From an uncultured Nitrospinota bacterium (GTDB lineage: Bacteria; Tectomicrobia; Entotheonellia; J063; CAVPRW01): a stretch of 64,000 nucleotides of DNA. The notes below the pieces were generated by a model. It was given only the letters and a program-made list of their open reading frames with translations. It was not told the origin of the DNA and searched no databases. Positions 46,048 through 56,058 of the stretch are shown here, piece after piece (within the stretch, counting starts at the first letter, position 1; each line of letters opens with the position of its first letter). The stretch is taken from NCBI GenBank assembly GCA_963707985.1, contig CAVPRW010000045.1, forward strand, positions 224,001-288,000, in the 5' to 3' direction. The translations under genes and the position numbers were made by a program.

Positions 46048-46694
46048 CGGGTGGTGTGTTCAGGAGACACTCATCGCTCAGTGCGTTTGACCGCGCTAGA
46101 TGTTGCTCGTCTCCCGGATAGCCTGTGTAGCACAGTATTGTAACTAACTGTTACCGCAGCATCCACAAAATTCTATCTCTAGGACCGAATGTGTCCAGTG
46201 CCCGACGTGCCCCCGTTGATCGTGTACATGGTGCAGGCACCCATGTGAAATCTCGCTACATGAAGTTCTCAGAGCATCGACCGATATTCTGGGAAGGTAA
46301 CACGCGCAACAGCGAAGCAGCCTGTCGCATGTCGCGCGATTGCCATGACTAAGTGAGCAAATGATCTATCTTATAATGTGTGTTGGAATACTCCTTCGTG
46401 TACCAGGAAGTGGTGTCGGATACAGCTGTAGCGATCGCCATCCCGGCAGAAAATTTCTCTTGACTTTGGTCACTGTTGTTGGGTAACTTTTGCAACATCT
46501 AGCATTATTTTATACCATCTTGTCATAATTTATCATCTAAAATATTTTGTCGATCGTATAACAAGTTGCGATAGACTGTAAATGACTACTTGATGGCAAC
46601 ATCTTCGGGACCAGCAATAGACTTGGGCTGTGAGACAGCCGTAAGTAGTATAGCAAAATCCGGTGTGTAAGCATACATGTGGTAAGGAGGAGTA

Positions 46695-48173
46695 ATGGTT
46701 GAGCACGCACTTGATTGGGTCGGAGGGCAATGGAAGAACAGCGAGGTCGAAGGCGTGGCGTGGGAAGCAAGCCCTGCTCGTCTGTGGGGTGGACCCGAGA
46801 TCGGTGGCGTGCTCCAGCAGGCAATGGATGCTTTAGACCTGGGCTTACTAGTCCTAGCGCCGACCGGGCGCATTGTGTATTACAACCGCACCTATGCCCG
46901 CCTCAGAGGGCTGGCGCCTGGGGCATTATTGGGGCAGCCAGTGGAGGCACTCGATCGGCGGCGGCGTGTTCGTGAGTTGTTGCAGACGGGAACACTTCCC
47001 CCCGATCGAGGGTACTCGGACGAGCGTCGCATTCACCAGGAAACGATTGTCCCACTTTGGGAGGGCGGACGACTGCGCGGTGTTGTAGTGGTGGTGAGTC
47101 CGATTCAAGCGCGGAGCGAATCCAATGGTGATGAGACACGTCGCCGTGCTCTGGGGCCCGGCGGTCATGATTCAGCCTGGCCAGCTCGCTATACCTTCGC
47201 CGATATCATCGGCCATAGTCCAGCCCTCGTGCAAGCGCGTGAACTGGCGCGCCAGGCAGCCCAGGGGGGATCGTCGGTCTTGGTGGTCGGGGAAAGTGGT
47301 ACCGGGAAGGAACTCTTCGCTCACGCCATTCATGCCGCGAGCCCTCGCTACCGGAGGCCCTTTGTGCCGGTCGATTGTTCAGCTATTCCACGTGAGCTCC
47401 TGGAATCCGAACTGTTTGGATACGCTCCAGGGGCGTTTACTGGTGCTTCTCGGGAGGGGAAAGCAGGGAAGTTTGAGCTGGCAAATGGTGGCACGATTTT
47501 TTTGGATGAGATCGGCGAGATGCCCCTGGAAATGCAGGCCAAGCTGCTACGTGTCCTGCAAGAGAGACAACTTATTCGTGTCGGAGGGGTGACGCCGCAA
47601 TCGGTGACCTGCTCGGTGATCGCTGCCACGAATCGAGATCTTGAGACACTTGTAGCCCAAGGGCGCTTCCGCCGAGATTTACTCTACCGCTTAGATGTGA
47701 TCCGTCTCGAAGTCCCCGCGCTACGCGAACGGCCCGAGGATATTCCTTTATTGGTAACGCACTATTGGGAGCATAAAAGTCGAGAGCTGGGACGCGTGGC
47801 ACAGCTCTCCGCGGAGGCGCTACGCGTGTTAGAAGGGTATACATGGCCAGGGAATGTGCGGGAACTGCTGAACGTGGTCGAGCGTTTGCTTGTCGCGAGC
47901 ACCAAACCGGTCATCGAACCTACTGATCTACCCTCCTCGATTCAGGCCGAAGGAGCGGGCCGATTACGGCGCTTTCCGTTGTTTCATCTGGGTACGGTCG
48001 TCGCTGAGGCTGAGCGTCGAACTCTTGATCGCGCCTTGCGCCAAGCGCAGGGGAATCGTAATAAAGCCGCTCAGCTCGTGGGGCTGTCACGTGCGAGCTT
48101 CTATCGGAAGCTGAAAGCCTATGGCCTCTTGCAAGGGGATCGGGAGATGCTGGCATTCCGTGCCCCCCTCTAA
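46695..48173 (+). CDS. Sigma54-dependent transcriptional activator (PAS-AAA-HTH)
   Basis: PAS-like N-terminus, GESGTGKE, ESELFG, GAFTGA, FLDEIGEM, WPGNVREL, Fis-type HTH. Confidence 0.93.
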   Translation: MVEHALDWVGGQWKNSEVEGVAWEASPARLWGGPEIGGVLQQAMDALDLGLLVLAPTGRIVYYNRTYARLRGLAPGALLGQPVEALDRRRRVRELLQTGTLPPDRGYSDERRIHQETIVPLWEGGRLRGVVVVVSPIQARSESNGDETRRRALGPGGHDSAWPARYTFADIIGHSPALVQARELARQAAQGGSSVLVVGESGTGKELFAHAIHAASPRYRRPFVPVDCSAIPRELLESELFGYAPGAFTGASREGKAGKFELANGGTIFLDEIGEMPLEMQAKLLRVLQERQLIRVGGVTPQSVTCSVIAATNRDLETLVAQGRFRRDLLYRLDVIRLEVPALRERPEDIPLLVTHYWEHKSRELGRVAQLSAEALRVLEGYTWPGNVRELLNVVERLLVASTKPVIEPTDLPSSIQAEGAGRLRRFPLFHLGTVVAEAERRTLDRALRQAQGNRNKAAQLVGLSRASFYRKLKAYGLLQGDREMLAFRAPL

Positions 48174-48194
48174 CCCCCCCGCAATCGCATTTGT

Positions 48195-48224
48195 CTCCCA
48201 GCGCTGTTCAGAAGGCGCTGGGAG
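48195..48224 (+). terminator. GC-rich hairpin downstream of the activator gene
   Basis: ctcccagcgc-10 nt-gcgctgggag; the T-tract is displaced about 16 nt downstream. Confidence 0.45.
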
Positions 48225-49225
48225 CGCTCACCCATCCCCCTTTTTGATGCCTCAGACGCAGGTCCAGACTCTCACGGACCCCACCCCAAGCAAGGTTTAA
48301 GGCTCACACAGTCGCCGTAATAGTCAGCCCTAATGCATTCGTCAGATGATGGTATACTATGGCAACGCGTCCTCACAGATGCAAGTAGCTCTCTCACCGT
48401 TTCAGCACTCTTCCGCGTCTGGCACTAATCATGATTCTCGTCATACTCACGTTGGATACCTGTCGACAAAAATCATTTGCCTTCACTAGACGCTACGAAG
48501 CATAATGGTTTTGCTGAAACTCTCGCCACAAAAGAACGACTTGCAGCGGCTACCACCGGGAATGGCCTTCATCCAGTCGAGATATTGCACTAGCAGCGAA
48601 TCATGCAGGCCAAAGTCTACTCTGATCCGATCTCGGTTGACGGCAGGCGGGTTCCTGAAGCCTTCCATGCCAAACATCGCGACCAGACAATCTCCAAAAC
48701 GTTGGTGTTGGGAGAAGAGATACCAGCCTGGTCTCTGCAAGTCAAATCCATTTGCATAGGTGTTCATGATGAGCAATCCTTAGTGTGGAAACAAGAGACC
48801 TTGTTGGCCATGGTCTCGTCTCGAATCCCCTCTTTGATCAATGGGAGCAGAGGGGATTGACCGGGTGGGAGCGGGTGACGAAATCCCCCATCCCCCCATG
48901 GTAAAAGGAGGGGAGTCGTATGGATGGTACTGTCTGCGCAAGGAGGTTGCCTGAACAAGCACTAGGGATGGTGCTGCGAGGCCCCTGATCGTTCCCATGT
49001 CGGGCAGCCCAACTAGACATGGAAGGGAATCTTGTGATACTAGAACCGATAGCAGAACTCTATCAAACGAAGCGGATAAGCTATGCTGTCGTTCCAACAT
49101 AACGATTAGCCTTATTCTAGGGTGCCATATGTGGTCACGACCTGCTGGAGGCTACCGATGTCGGCTGGGACCTCTGTTAGCTTGACTCGTAAGAGGAGCA
49201 AGGATTATCCGAGAGGAACCATGGC

Positions 49226-50281
49226 CTAGCCCCCGTGGGCACACACGATCCCTTGGTTGCAGGTCTGCGCAAGCAGCTGATAACGCTCCTGTTGCCAGCC
49301 GACGGGCTCCCCTACGGTTGCCTCCCGCTGGCATTGCCATTGATAGGCGCTGGTCAACGCGACCATGCGCAACCTGAAGATGCCAGGCACCCGCACCGCC
49401 CAGTCGGTTTTCTGGGGTTGATGCCCCAGATACCCCAGATGCCACTGCTGCTTACATCCCTTAAGACAGCGGTTCTCGGGTAGACTGCGGTCGTCATCGC
49501 CATCGAAGAGCCGCACGGGTTGGTCGACCGTGGCCTTGGTCAGGGAAACCCCTGTGCGGCCTGGCCCATAGTCCTTCCACGTCCAATGACGTGCCACTAG
49601 GGCATCGAGGGGGTTGGCTCGGAAGTTATAACGAGGATGCTGGTGCCCGTGCTCAGGCATCCCATCATACTCATAGGATCTCAGCTCGGTGATGCCCACA
49701 GCCTCGGGCTCCAGGTGCTCCGTCCAGGACTCTTGACCCTAGCGATGACGCCCAGTATCCACACGGCGGCCATGGGTGAGCTTTGCTCCCGCGGCTGCCT
49801 GGGCGCGTACGTCTGCGGGTACCGCATGCTTCCCCAAAATGCCGGGAAACATGGGCCCGCGCGCCCGCTCACCCTGGCGCTTGGCCGCTCCCCGTTGGCA
49901 CACGCCTTACCGCGCGTGCTGGGCATTAAAGCCTACCACGAGCCTCAGCGCCTCATCACTAGACAGCAGTGCCGGCAGAACCTTGATGCGCTCAATACCA
50001 AACAGCGTCTTCAACCCGTAGTGCAAGATAAACTGCATGTAGGGGCACATCTCGCATTGGATCGCCTTGCCGTAAAGCTCAGACAGAATCCTCAGTCCTC
50101 TCGCTCGGTCCAGGAAGTGACAGAAGTCCTCCAACAAGACCCCTTCATCCAGCCGGTACATCCCAGCCAGGCGTTGTTTGCAGTACAGTCGTCGCGCCAC
50201 TCTGGCATCGTCGGGACGGGTGACTACCCAACGCAGCCACTCGGCCCGACTCTGGGGGAGCTCAGCGCGTGTTTGTTTCAT
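49226..50281 (-). mobile_element. Decayed IS transposase remnant (DDE type, frameshifted and internally deleted)
   Basis: Fragments such as DDDRSLPENRCLKGCKQQWHLG resemble the Y-x2-R-x3-E-N..K C-terminal motif of IS4-superfamily transposases; pieces lie in several frames; no intact terminal repeats seen. Confidence 0.6.
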
Positions 50282-50469
50282 GGTCCACCCTCCGCCTCTG
50301 CGTGCGCCCCTGTTCTAGACTCAAGTGGCCTGCAGTTCATGGCCTCAGGCTTCTGGTGAATTCCTAGCGTAAGCTATATCCTGACCTACCTGCGGCGACA
50401 GAGCGGAGGATTCACGAGCCATCGGCTCTGTCGGTCCTCGGAGAGATTCTATCGTAAAGGAGATCGCTC

Positions 50470-50988
50470 ATGATACCCTTCGTCAAAACGTTATCTGCGC
50501 TGACTTTAGTCGCTCTGACTGTAGCACTGGTGAGCGCCCAGGATACAGTAAACTTCTCTGGTACCTGGGTTGTGGATAAGTCTCAGAGTGATGTGGCAGA
50601 GCTCTTGGGTCTTAGTGATGACCCGGAGAAGGCACGGGACGCCAGCATGACCATGGTGATTGAACAGCAGGGGTCGAACCTTAGAGTGACCAGAGTGATG
50701 AAAACCCAAGGCGAGGAGAGAAAAGAGATCCATACGTACAAGATTGGTAGTGGCGAGACGACGAACACCGGCTATCGTGGCGAGACCATCGTCGGCCGGG
50801 CCTTCTGGGAAGGGGATCAGTTAGTGATCGTGTCAACCCGCACCTGGAAGGTGTTCTTGAGAGAGGTCTCGGCTCAAAGCCGAGGTGTGTGGAGTCTCTC
50901 CCCGGACGGGAAACACTTAACGATCGCCGCCCAGGTCAATAGCCCTCGTGGGGAGCAACGGGGCAAGGTGGTGTTCAATAGGAAGTAG
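50470..50988 (+). CDS. Secreted hypothetical protein, beta-rich (lipocalin-like)
   Basis: AAGGAG RBS, signal peptide ending VSA, NFSGTW motif, WSLSPDGK. Confidence 0.7.
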   Translation: MIPFVKTLSALTLVALTVALVSAQDTVNFSGTWVVDKSQSDVAELLGLSDDPEKARDASMTMVIEQQGSNLRVTRVMKTQGEERKEIHTYKIGSGETTNTGYRGETIVGRAFWEGDQLVIVSTRTWKVFLREVSAQSRGVWSLSPDGKHLTIAAQVNSPRGEQRGKVVFNRK

Positions 50989-51376
50989 AACAGGCTGCAG
51001 GCCATTATCCGCTACGAGCTCTTGGCTCTGTTGCCTCAGTGGACGCGCCCGATTGGCGGTCAGCACAAGTCGATTCCTCATGAACTTTCAGGAACATCCG
51101 TTTACGTGTAGGGATATGAGCTCGTGTTGTGGGCCTCGCAACCCCTATGATATAGTGAGCGATACTGCCGAGCAAACCCCGCACAGAGGGTTAACGTGCA
51201 AGAGAGATGATCGCATTCGCCTTGAAGGACAATGGGGCATGGCTCTGCTCATGAAGACGCCTGTGGGGCATGCTAACTGATGCGCGCAACACTACGGAGT
51301 GATGCCATGATGAGGGCTCGCTACTGCAGGCGCGACCGCAGCCTTCCGCAGCTGACATCCGCCTGGGAGACGTGGC

Positions 51377-52705
51377 ATGAAAATAAGGTGCAGCCGCCAA
51401 CTCTGGAGCCCCATCGCCTTTCTCCTCCTGCTGGGCTCTTTATGGAGCGTTGACGAAGCATGGGCGAGGAGCGAGATTCATTTTTGGCACGCTATGACTG
51501 GGCAGTTGAACGACGCGGTCGATGCGCTTGCCACTAAATTCAACGAAAGACAGCATGATTATGAGGTGAAACCGCTGTACAAGGGCACCTATCCGGAAAC
51601 GCTGGCGGCTGCCATGGCGGCCTATCGTACCAAAACCTCCCCACATATTGTGCAGGTTTTTGATGTCGGCACGCAAACCATGCTGCTCTCAGGAGCGATC
51701 ATGCCTGTCTTTCAAATGATGAGAGAACAAGGGATGGTCATCGACTGGAGTGATTTTATTCAGCCAGTGCTGTCGTATTATTCCAAGGCTGGACGGCTGT
51801 ACTCGATGCCCTTCAACTCGTCAACCCCCATTTTGTATTACAACAAAGATGCCTTCCAGAAGGCTGGACTCAGTCCCGATAGACCGCCCACTACCTGGAG
51901 GGAGGTAGGAGAGTTCTCGCGGCGTATCATCAGCGCCGGTTCCGCCAAATGCGGTTTCAGCACAGGCTGGCCGTCGTGGATCCTATTTGAGAACATGGCC
52001 GCCTGGCATGACCTCCCCTTTGCTACCAACCTGAATGGCTTCGGTGGCGTCGACACCCAACTGTTGGTTAACGGCGAGTTTCAGCGCATGCTTGTTGAGA
52101 GATTGCTTAGCTGGCAAGCGGAGAACATCTACAGCTATGGTGGACGTATGGCCGACCCGGACCCAAAATTCATCAGTGGTGAATGTGCCATGTACTTGCA
52201 GTCTTCGGCATTGATTGGGGGGGGCGCTCGCTCAATACGGTTTAAATGGGGTACCGGGCAGTTACCCCATTGGGGTTCCCCTTATAAAAAGGGCACCTCG
52301 ATTCCTGGGGGTGCAACCTTGTGGGTCATGCAAGGACTATTACCGACTGATTATCGGGGGATCGCCCAGTTTTTCAAGTTCCTCGCTGAGCCAGATCAGC
52401 AGGCAAGCTGGCACCAGACAACCGGTTATGTGACCATCACGAACGCTTCCTTAAAGTATCTGGGACAAACCGATCACTTCTTGAGAAACCCCGACCAGTG
52501 GACCGCCTTCGCCCAGCTCACCAGTGGGCACAACACCTCTAATACTCAGGGTATCCGTTTGGGCAATTTCGCGGCGGTGCGTGATGCGATCGAAGACGAG
52601 TTGGAGAGTATTCTTTCCAGGAAGAAGAGTGTGCAACAAGGATTGGACGATGCGGTCGCTAAAGGCAACCAGATCTTGAAGGAGTTTGCCAGTTCATATC
52701 AGTAG
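51377..52705 (+). CDS. ugpB: sn-glycerol-3-phosphate ABC substrate-binding protein (orphan)
   Basis: FWHAM, YKGTYPET, QVFDVGT, SMPFNSSTPILYYNKD, WHQTTGY, GIRLGN. Confidence 0.85.
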   Translation: MKIRCSRQLWSPIAFLLLLGSLWSVDEAWARSEIHFWHAMTGQLNDAVDALATKFNERQHDYEVKPLYKGTYPETLAAAMAAYRTKTSPHIVQVFDVGTQTMLLSGAIMPVFQMMREQGMVIDWSDFIQPVLSYYSKAGRLYSMPFNSSTPILYYNKDAFQKAGLSPDRPPTTWREVGEFSRRIISAGSAKCGFSTGWPSWILFENMAAWHDLPFATNLNGFGGVDTQLLVNGEFQRMLVERLLSWQAENIYSYGGRMADPDPKFISGECAMYLQSSALIGGGARSIRFKWGTGQLPHWGSPYKKGTSIPGGATLWVMQGLLPTDYRGIAQFFKFLAEPDQQASWHQTTGYVTITNASLKYLGQTDHFLRNPDQWTAFAQLTSGHNTSNTQGIRLGNFAAVRDAIEDELESILSRKKSVQQGLDDAVAKGNQILKEFASSYQ

Positions 52706-52765
52706 ATGATAACACACCGGGATTGTGGGATGGTTGTGTCTTCATGAAGAAAGAGTGGTGGACAT

Positions 52766-53119
52766 ATGCAATCCTTTGGAAAAACCGACCCAGCGAATAT
52801 CGAAGTGCATATCCCCGACCGCGCCATGACCATTCAATGGGGAGACGGGCATCGCAGCGTCTACCCCTTCGATCTACTGCGCCGAGAGTGCCCTTGTGCC
52901 ATTTGTCGAGAAGCGAGCCACGTGTACACGAATGATCCCTTCAAAGTGGTAACCAGTACGGTCAGACCGGGAGAGGTGACCGTAACCGGTGCCGAGCAGG
53001 TGGGGAGGTATGCAGTGCGATTTGAATGGAGTGACGCGCACAACACCGGTATATACTCCTATGAATATCTGCGCACCATCTGCCCGTGTGAGAGGTGTCA
53101 GAATCCGCCGTCGAGCTAA
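52766..53119 (+). CDS. DUF971 / GBBH-like N-terminal Zn-binding domain protein
   Basis: WGDGH, LRRECPCAIC, VGRYA, WSDAHNTGIYSY. Confidence 0.85.
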   Translation: MQSFGKTDPANIEVHIPDRAMTIQWGDGHRSVYPFDLLRRECPCAICREASHVYTNDPFKVVTSTVRPGEVTVTGAEQVGRYAVRFEWSDAHNTGIYSYEYLRTICPCERCQNPPSS

Positions 53120-53232
53120 CCAACGCTAGGGGTCTCATAGAGCAGCTGCGAAAAATACGTTACAGGGAAGTGGGCAGGCATGGTCTGTCCAATCTCCCAT
53201 GACCGAATACACAGCTATATAGGAGAGGGGTC

Positions 53233-54036
53233 ATGAGCTACGAACAGATCATTTACACGAAAGAAGACAGGGTTGCCATCATCACCCTGAACCGTCCGCA
53301 AGTCCTCAACGCCTTCACCCCGATCATGATCGATGAGTGGGTGCGGGCCATCGAGACCTCCAAGCTTGACCCAGAGGTGCGGGCCGTTATCGTCACCGGG
53401 GCAGGGCGGGGGTTTTGCTCCGGCGTCGATGTGCGGAGCTTTCGGGAACGCGAACATTCGGATGGCAACCCGATTGTCGGCGGACGGTACTGGCTGCAGC
53501 ACAGTGTACATCGGGTGCCACTAGCGCTACGTACCCTGGATAAACCTTACATTGCCGCTGTCAATGGTCCCGCCGCCGGAGCTGGAATGGATATGGCCAG
53601 TATGGCGGATCTGCGTATCGCATCCGAAACGGCCACATTCACCATGAGTTATGTGAATGTGGGCATCGTTCCAGGGGACGGTGGCTGTTACTACTTACCG
53701 CGAGTCGTCGGCGTGGCGCGAGCCCTTGACCTTATCTGGACTGGCCGCACCATGGATGCCCAGGAAGCCCTACAGATTGGCTATGTGAGCCAAGTGGTGC
53801 CGCCCGATCAACTCATGGGTGCTGTCATGACCTACGCGAAAAAATTGGCCAAAGGCCCACAGGTCGCTATTGAACTGGCAAAACGTTTGGTCTATGAGGG
53901 CTTGGAAACCAACAACCTGTTCAAAGAACTGCGCTCGGCAGAACATGCCATGCTGATCGCTCGCGCCACCGAGGATGCTATTGAAGGCCCACGTGCCTGG
54001 GCAGAAAGACGCCCTCCCGATTTTCAGGGACGATAG
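53233..54036 (+). CDS. Enoyl-CoA hydratase/isomerase family protein
   Basis: ITLNRP, GRGFCSGVD, AAVNGPAAGAG, ERRPPDFQGR. Confidence 0.92.
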   Translation: MSYEQIIYTKEDRVAIITLNRPQVLNAFTPIMIDEWVRAIETSKLDPEVRAVIVTGAGRGFCSGVDVRSFREREHSDGNPIVGGRYWLQHSVHRVPLALRTLDKPYIAAVNGPAAGAGMDMASMADLRIASETATFTMSYVNVGIVPGDGGCYYLPRVVGVARALDLIWTGRTMDAQEALQIGYVSQVVPPDQLMGAVMTYAKKLAKGPQVAIELAKRLVYEGLETNNLFKELRSAEHAMLIARATEDAIEGPRAWAERRPPDFQGR

Positions 54037-54147
54037 TGAGTCAGAATAGTTGTCAAATGTGATAGCTGCTTGGCAACGGCTTCCCCGATTTGGTGATTCG
54101 CGACGGGCTGTTGAGAGGCCTGCCCTCTCGGTGGCAAGAATCGTTTC

Positions 54148-55077
54148 CTAGCGCCCACGCAATTTAGGGTCGAGCACGTCCCGCAGCGCATCGCCGAATA
54201 AGTTTGCCCCAAACACTGCCGCGCTGATGAAGATGCCGGGAAAAATCGCCATCCAGATGGCCGTCTCAAAAAACCGCATGCCTTCGACCGACAGCATCCG
54301 GCCCCAGGATGGCGCCGGCGGAGGCACTCCCATACCCAGAAAGCTCAGAGAGGCCTCCACGAGAATAGCCCCACTAAGACCAGCTGACGCGACGACAATG
54401 TATGGCGCCATGACATTCGGCAGGATGTGTCGCAACATGATACGCCAGTTGGCGCAGCCGACGGCATGTGCAGCGTCGACGAAGAGGCTTTCTTTAACGG
54501 ACAACACGGCGGAGCGGATAACTCGATTCGTGTCCGGGATGCGCGGGATAGCAATAGCAAGGATAACGTTAAACATCGATGGACCTAACATGGTCACAAT
54601 GGCCATCGCCAGCACCAGTCCGGGAATAGTGAACATCACATCGGCAACCCGTTGCATCAATTGATCGATTCGCCCTCCTAGGAATCCGCTCAACAGCCCC
54701 GCCATTGCCCCAATCGACGTCCCCAGCACCGTAGATAGAATGCCTACATAGATCGAAATACGCGCCCCATAAATCACCCGACTGTAGATATCCCGTCCGA
54801 AATTGTCGGTCCCGAACCAGTGCTCGACGGAGGGAGGCTGCACTCGAGCCCGATAATTATTGAGATCGGGGTCGTGTGTTGCGAGGTGGGGGGCCAGCAC
54901 GGCTACACTCATGAAGGCAAAGAGGAACACGGCTCCAATCGCCCCCAGAGGTTTTCTCCTTACAAAGTTGCTGATGCTGTGCCAGACACGGGCGATCCCC
55001 CGTTTCTCCGGCACAAGGCCTTCAATCAGGTCGACAGTTTTTACATCGATCGTGCTACTCAGCGTGCCGGAGCTCAT
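54148..55077 (-). CDS. Peptide/nickel ABC transporter permease (DppC-like)
   Basis: FGTDNFGRD, RHILPN, EASLSFLG, PSWG, GDALRD. Confidence 0.93.
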   Translation of the reverse strand: MSSGTLSSTIDVKTVDLIEGLVPEKRGIARVWHSISNFVRRKPLGAIGAVFLFAFMSVAVLAPHLATHDPDLNNYRARVQPPSVEHWFGTDNFGRDIYSRVIYGARISIYVGILSTVLGTSIGAMAGLLSGFLGGRIDQLMQRVADVMFTIPGLVLAMAIVTMLGPSMFNVILAIAIPRIPDTNRVIRSAVLSVKESLFVDAAHAVGCANWRIMLRHILPNVMAPYIVVASAGLSGAILVEASLSFLGMGVPPPAPSWGRMLSVEGMRFFETAIWMAIFPGIFISAAVFGANLFGDALRDVLDPKLRGR

Positions 55078-55098
55078 ACACAGGCCTCACCAACACTC

Positions 55099-56055
55099 TC
55101 AGGCATAACGGATGCGCGGGTCTAACACGCCATAGACGATGTCTACCAGCAGATTGATCACCAGCACGAAGGCGGAGAATACGAACACTAACGCCTGGAT
55201 CGATGGGTAATCGCGATGAGTGATCGCATCCACCAGGAACCGGCCGATGCCGGGAATGGTAAATACAGTCTCGACCACAACAAGCCCGCCAAACAGGACC
55301 AGCAACTCAATCCCGATGATGGTGATCACGGGGAGCAAGGCATTCTTGAGTGCGTGCCTGAGCACCACGACGCGTTCCTGCACCCCCTTGGCACGGGCTG
55401 TGCGCACATAATCTTCGCGCAAGACCTCCAGAATGCTCGATCGCGTCATACGCGCTCCGATAGCAGACAGGCGATATCCTGTTACCAGAGCGGGGAAGGC
55501 CAGTTGCTTGAAATTCAGCCATGGGTCCACCCAAAACGGTGCGTAATCAAGCGGTGGGAGCCACTTGAAGTAGTGCACTAATCCAAGGATAACCAAGATT
55601 GCCAGCCAGAAACTTGGGATGGATAAGCCTGCGATGCTGAAAATACGCGCCGCATAATCGACCATCGTATCCTGGCGAACCGCAGACAGGACTCCGATTG
55701 GAATGGCAATCAGGGTTCCCAGAATGAGGCTGAGGAACGCCAGATTTGCGGTCATGGGATAGCGTCGTCCCAACTCCTCGATGACCGGTTGGCGCGTCCA
55801 GTAGGAATTGCCAAAATCAAACCGTAAGGCTTTCCAAATCCATTCGCCGTACTGCACAATCAGTGGCTGGTCGAGTCCAAGCTCGACCCTGATCCGCTGT
55901 AAGGCTTCTCGGTTCATCTCGCTGCTCTCGTCCGAGCCCAAGATGTACAGGGCCACATCGCCTGGCAGCATCCGCATGATCAAGAAGATCAAGGTGACTG
56001 CTCCCAAAAGCGTGGGGATCATCAGTAGAATTCGTCGTAGAATGTAGGTTCGCAT
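55099..56055 (-). CDS. Peptide/nickel ABC transporter permease (DppB-like)
   Basis: DYVRTARAKG, HALKNA, ETVF, LDPRIR. Confidence 0.93.
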   Translation of the reverse strand: MRTYILRRILLMIPTLLGAVTLIFLIMRMLPGDVALYILGSDESSEMNREALQRIRVELGLDQPLIVQYGEWIWKALRFDFGNSYWTRQPVIEELGRRYPMTANLAFLSLILGTLIAIPIGVLSAVRQDTMVDYAARIFSIAGLSIPSFWLAILVILGLVHYFKWLPPLDYAPFWVDPWLNFKQLAFPALVTGYRLSAIGARMTRSSILEVLREDYVRTARAKGVQERVVVLRHALKNALLPVITIIGIELLVLFGGLVVVETVFTIPGIGRFLVDAITHRDYPSIQALVFVFSAFVLVINLLVDIVYGVLDPRIRYA

Positions 56056-56058
56056 AGC

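Noticed and set aside
48486..48767. 93-codon minus-strand ORF with an AAGGA RBS
   Set aside because: No recognisable motif and equally weak ORFs overlap it on the other strand; it cannot be supported without a search.
49170..50380. Terminal inverted repeats for the transposase relic
   Set aside because: Only a 6-bp match (tagctt/aagcta) was found, too short to define element ends.
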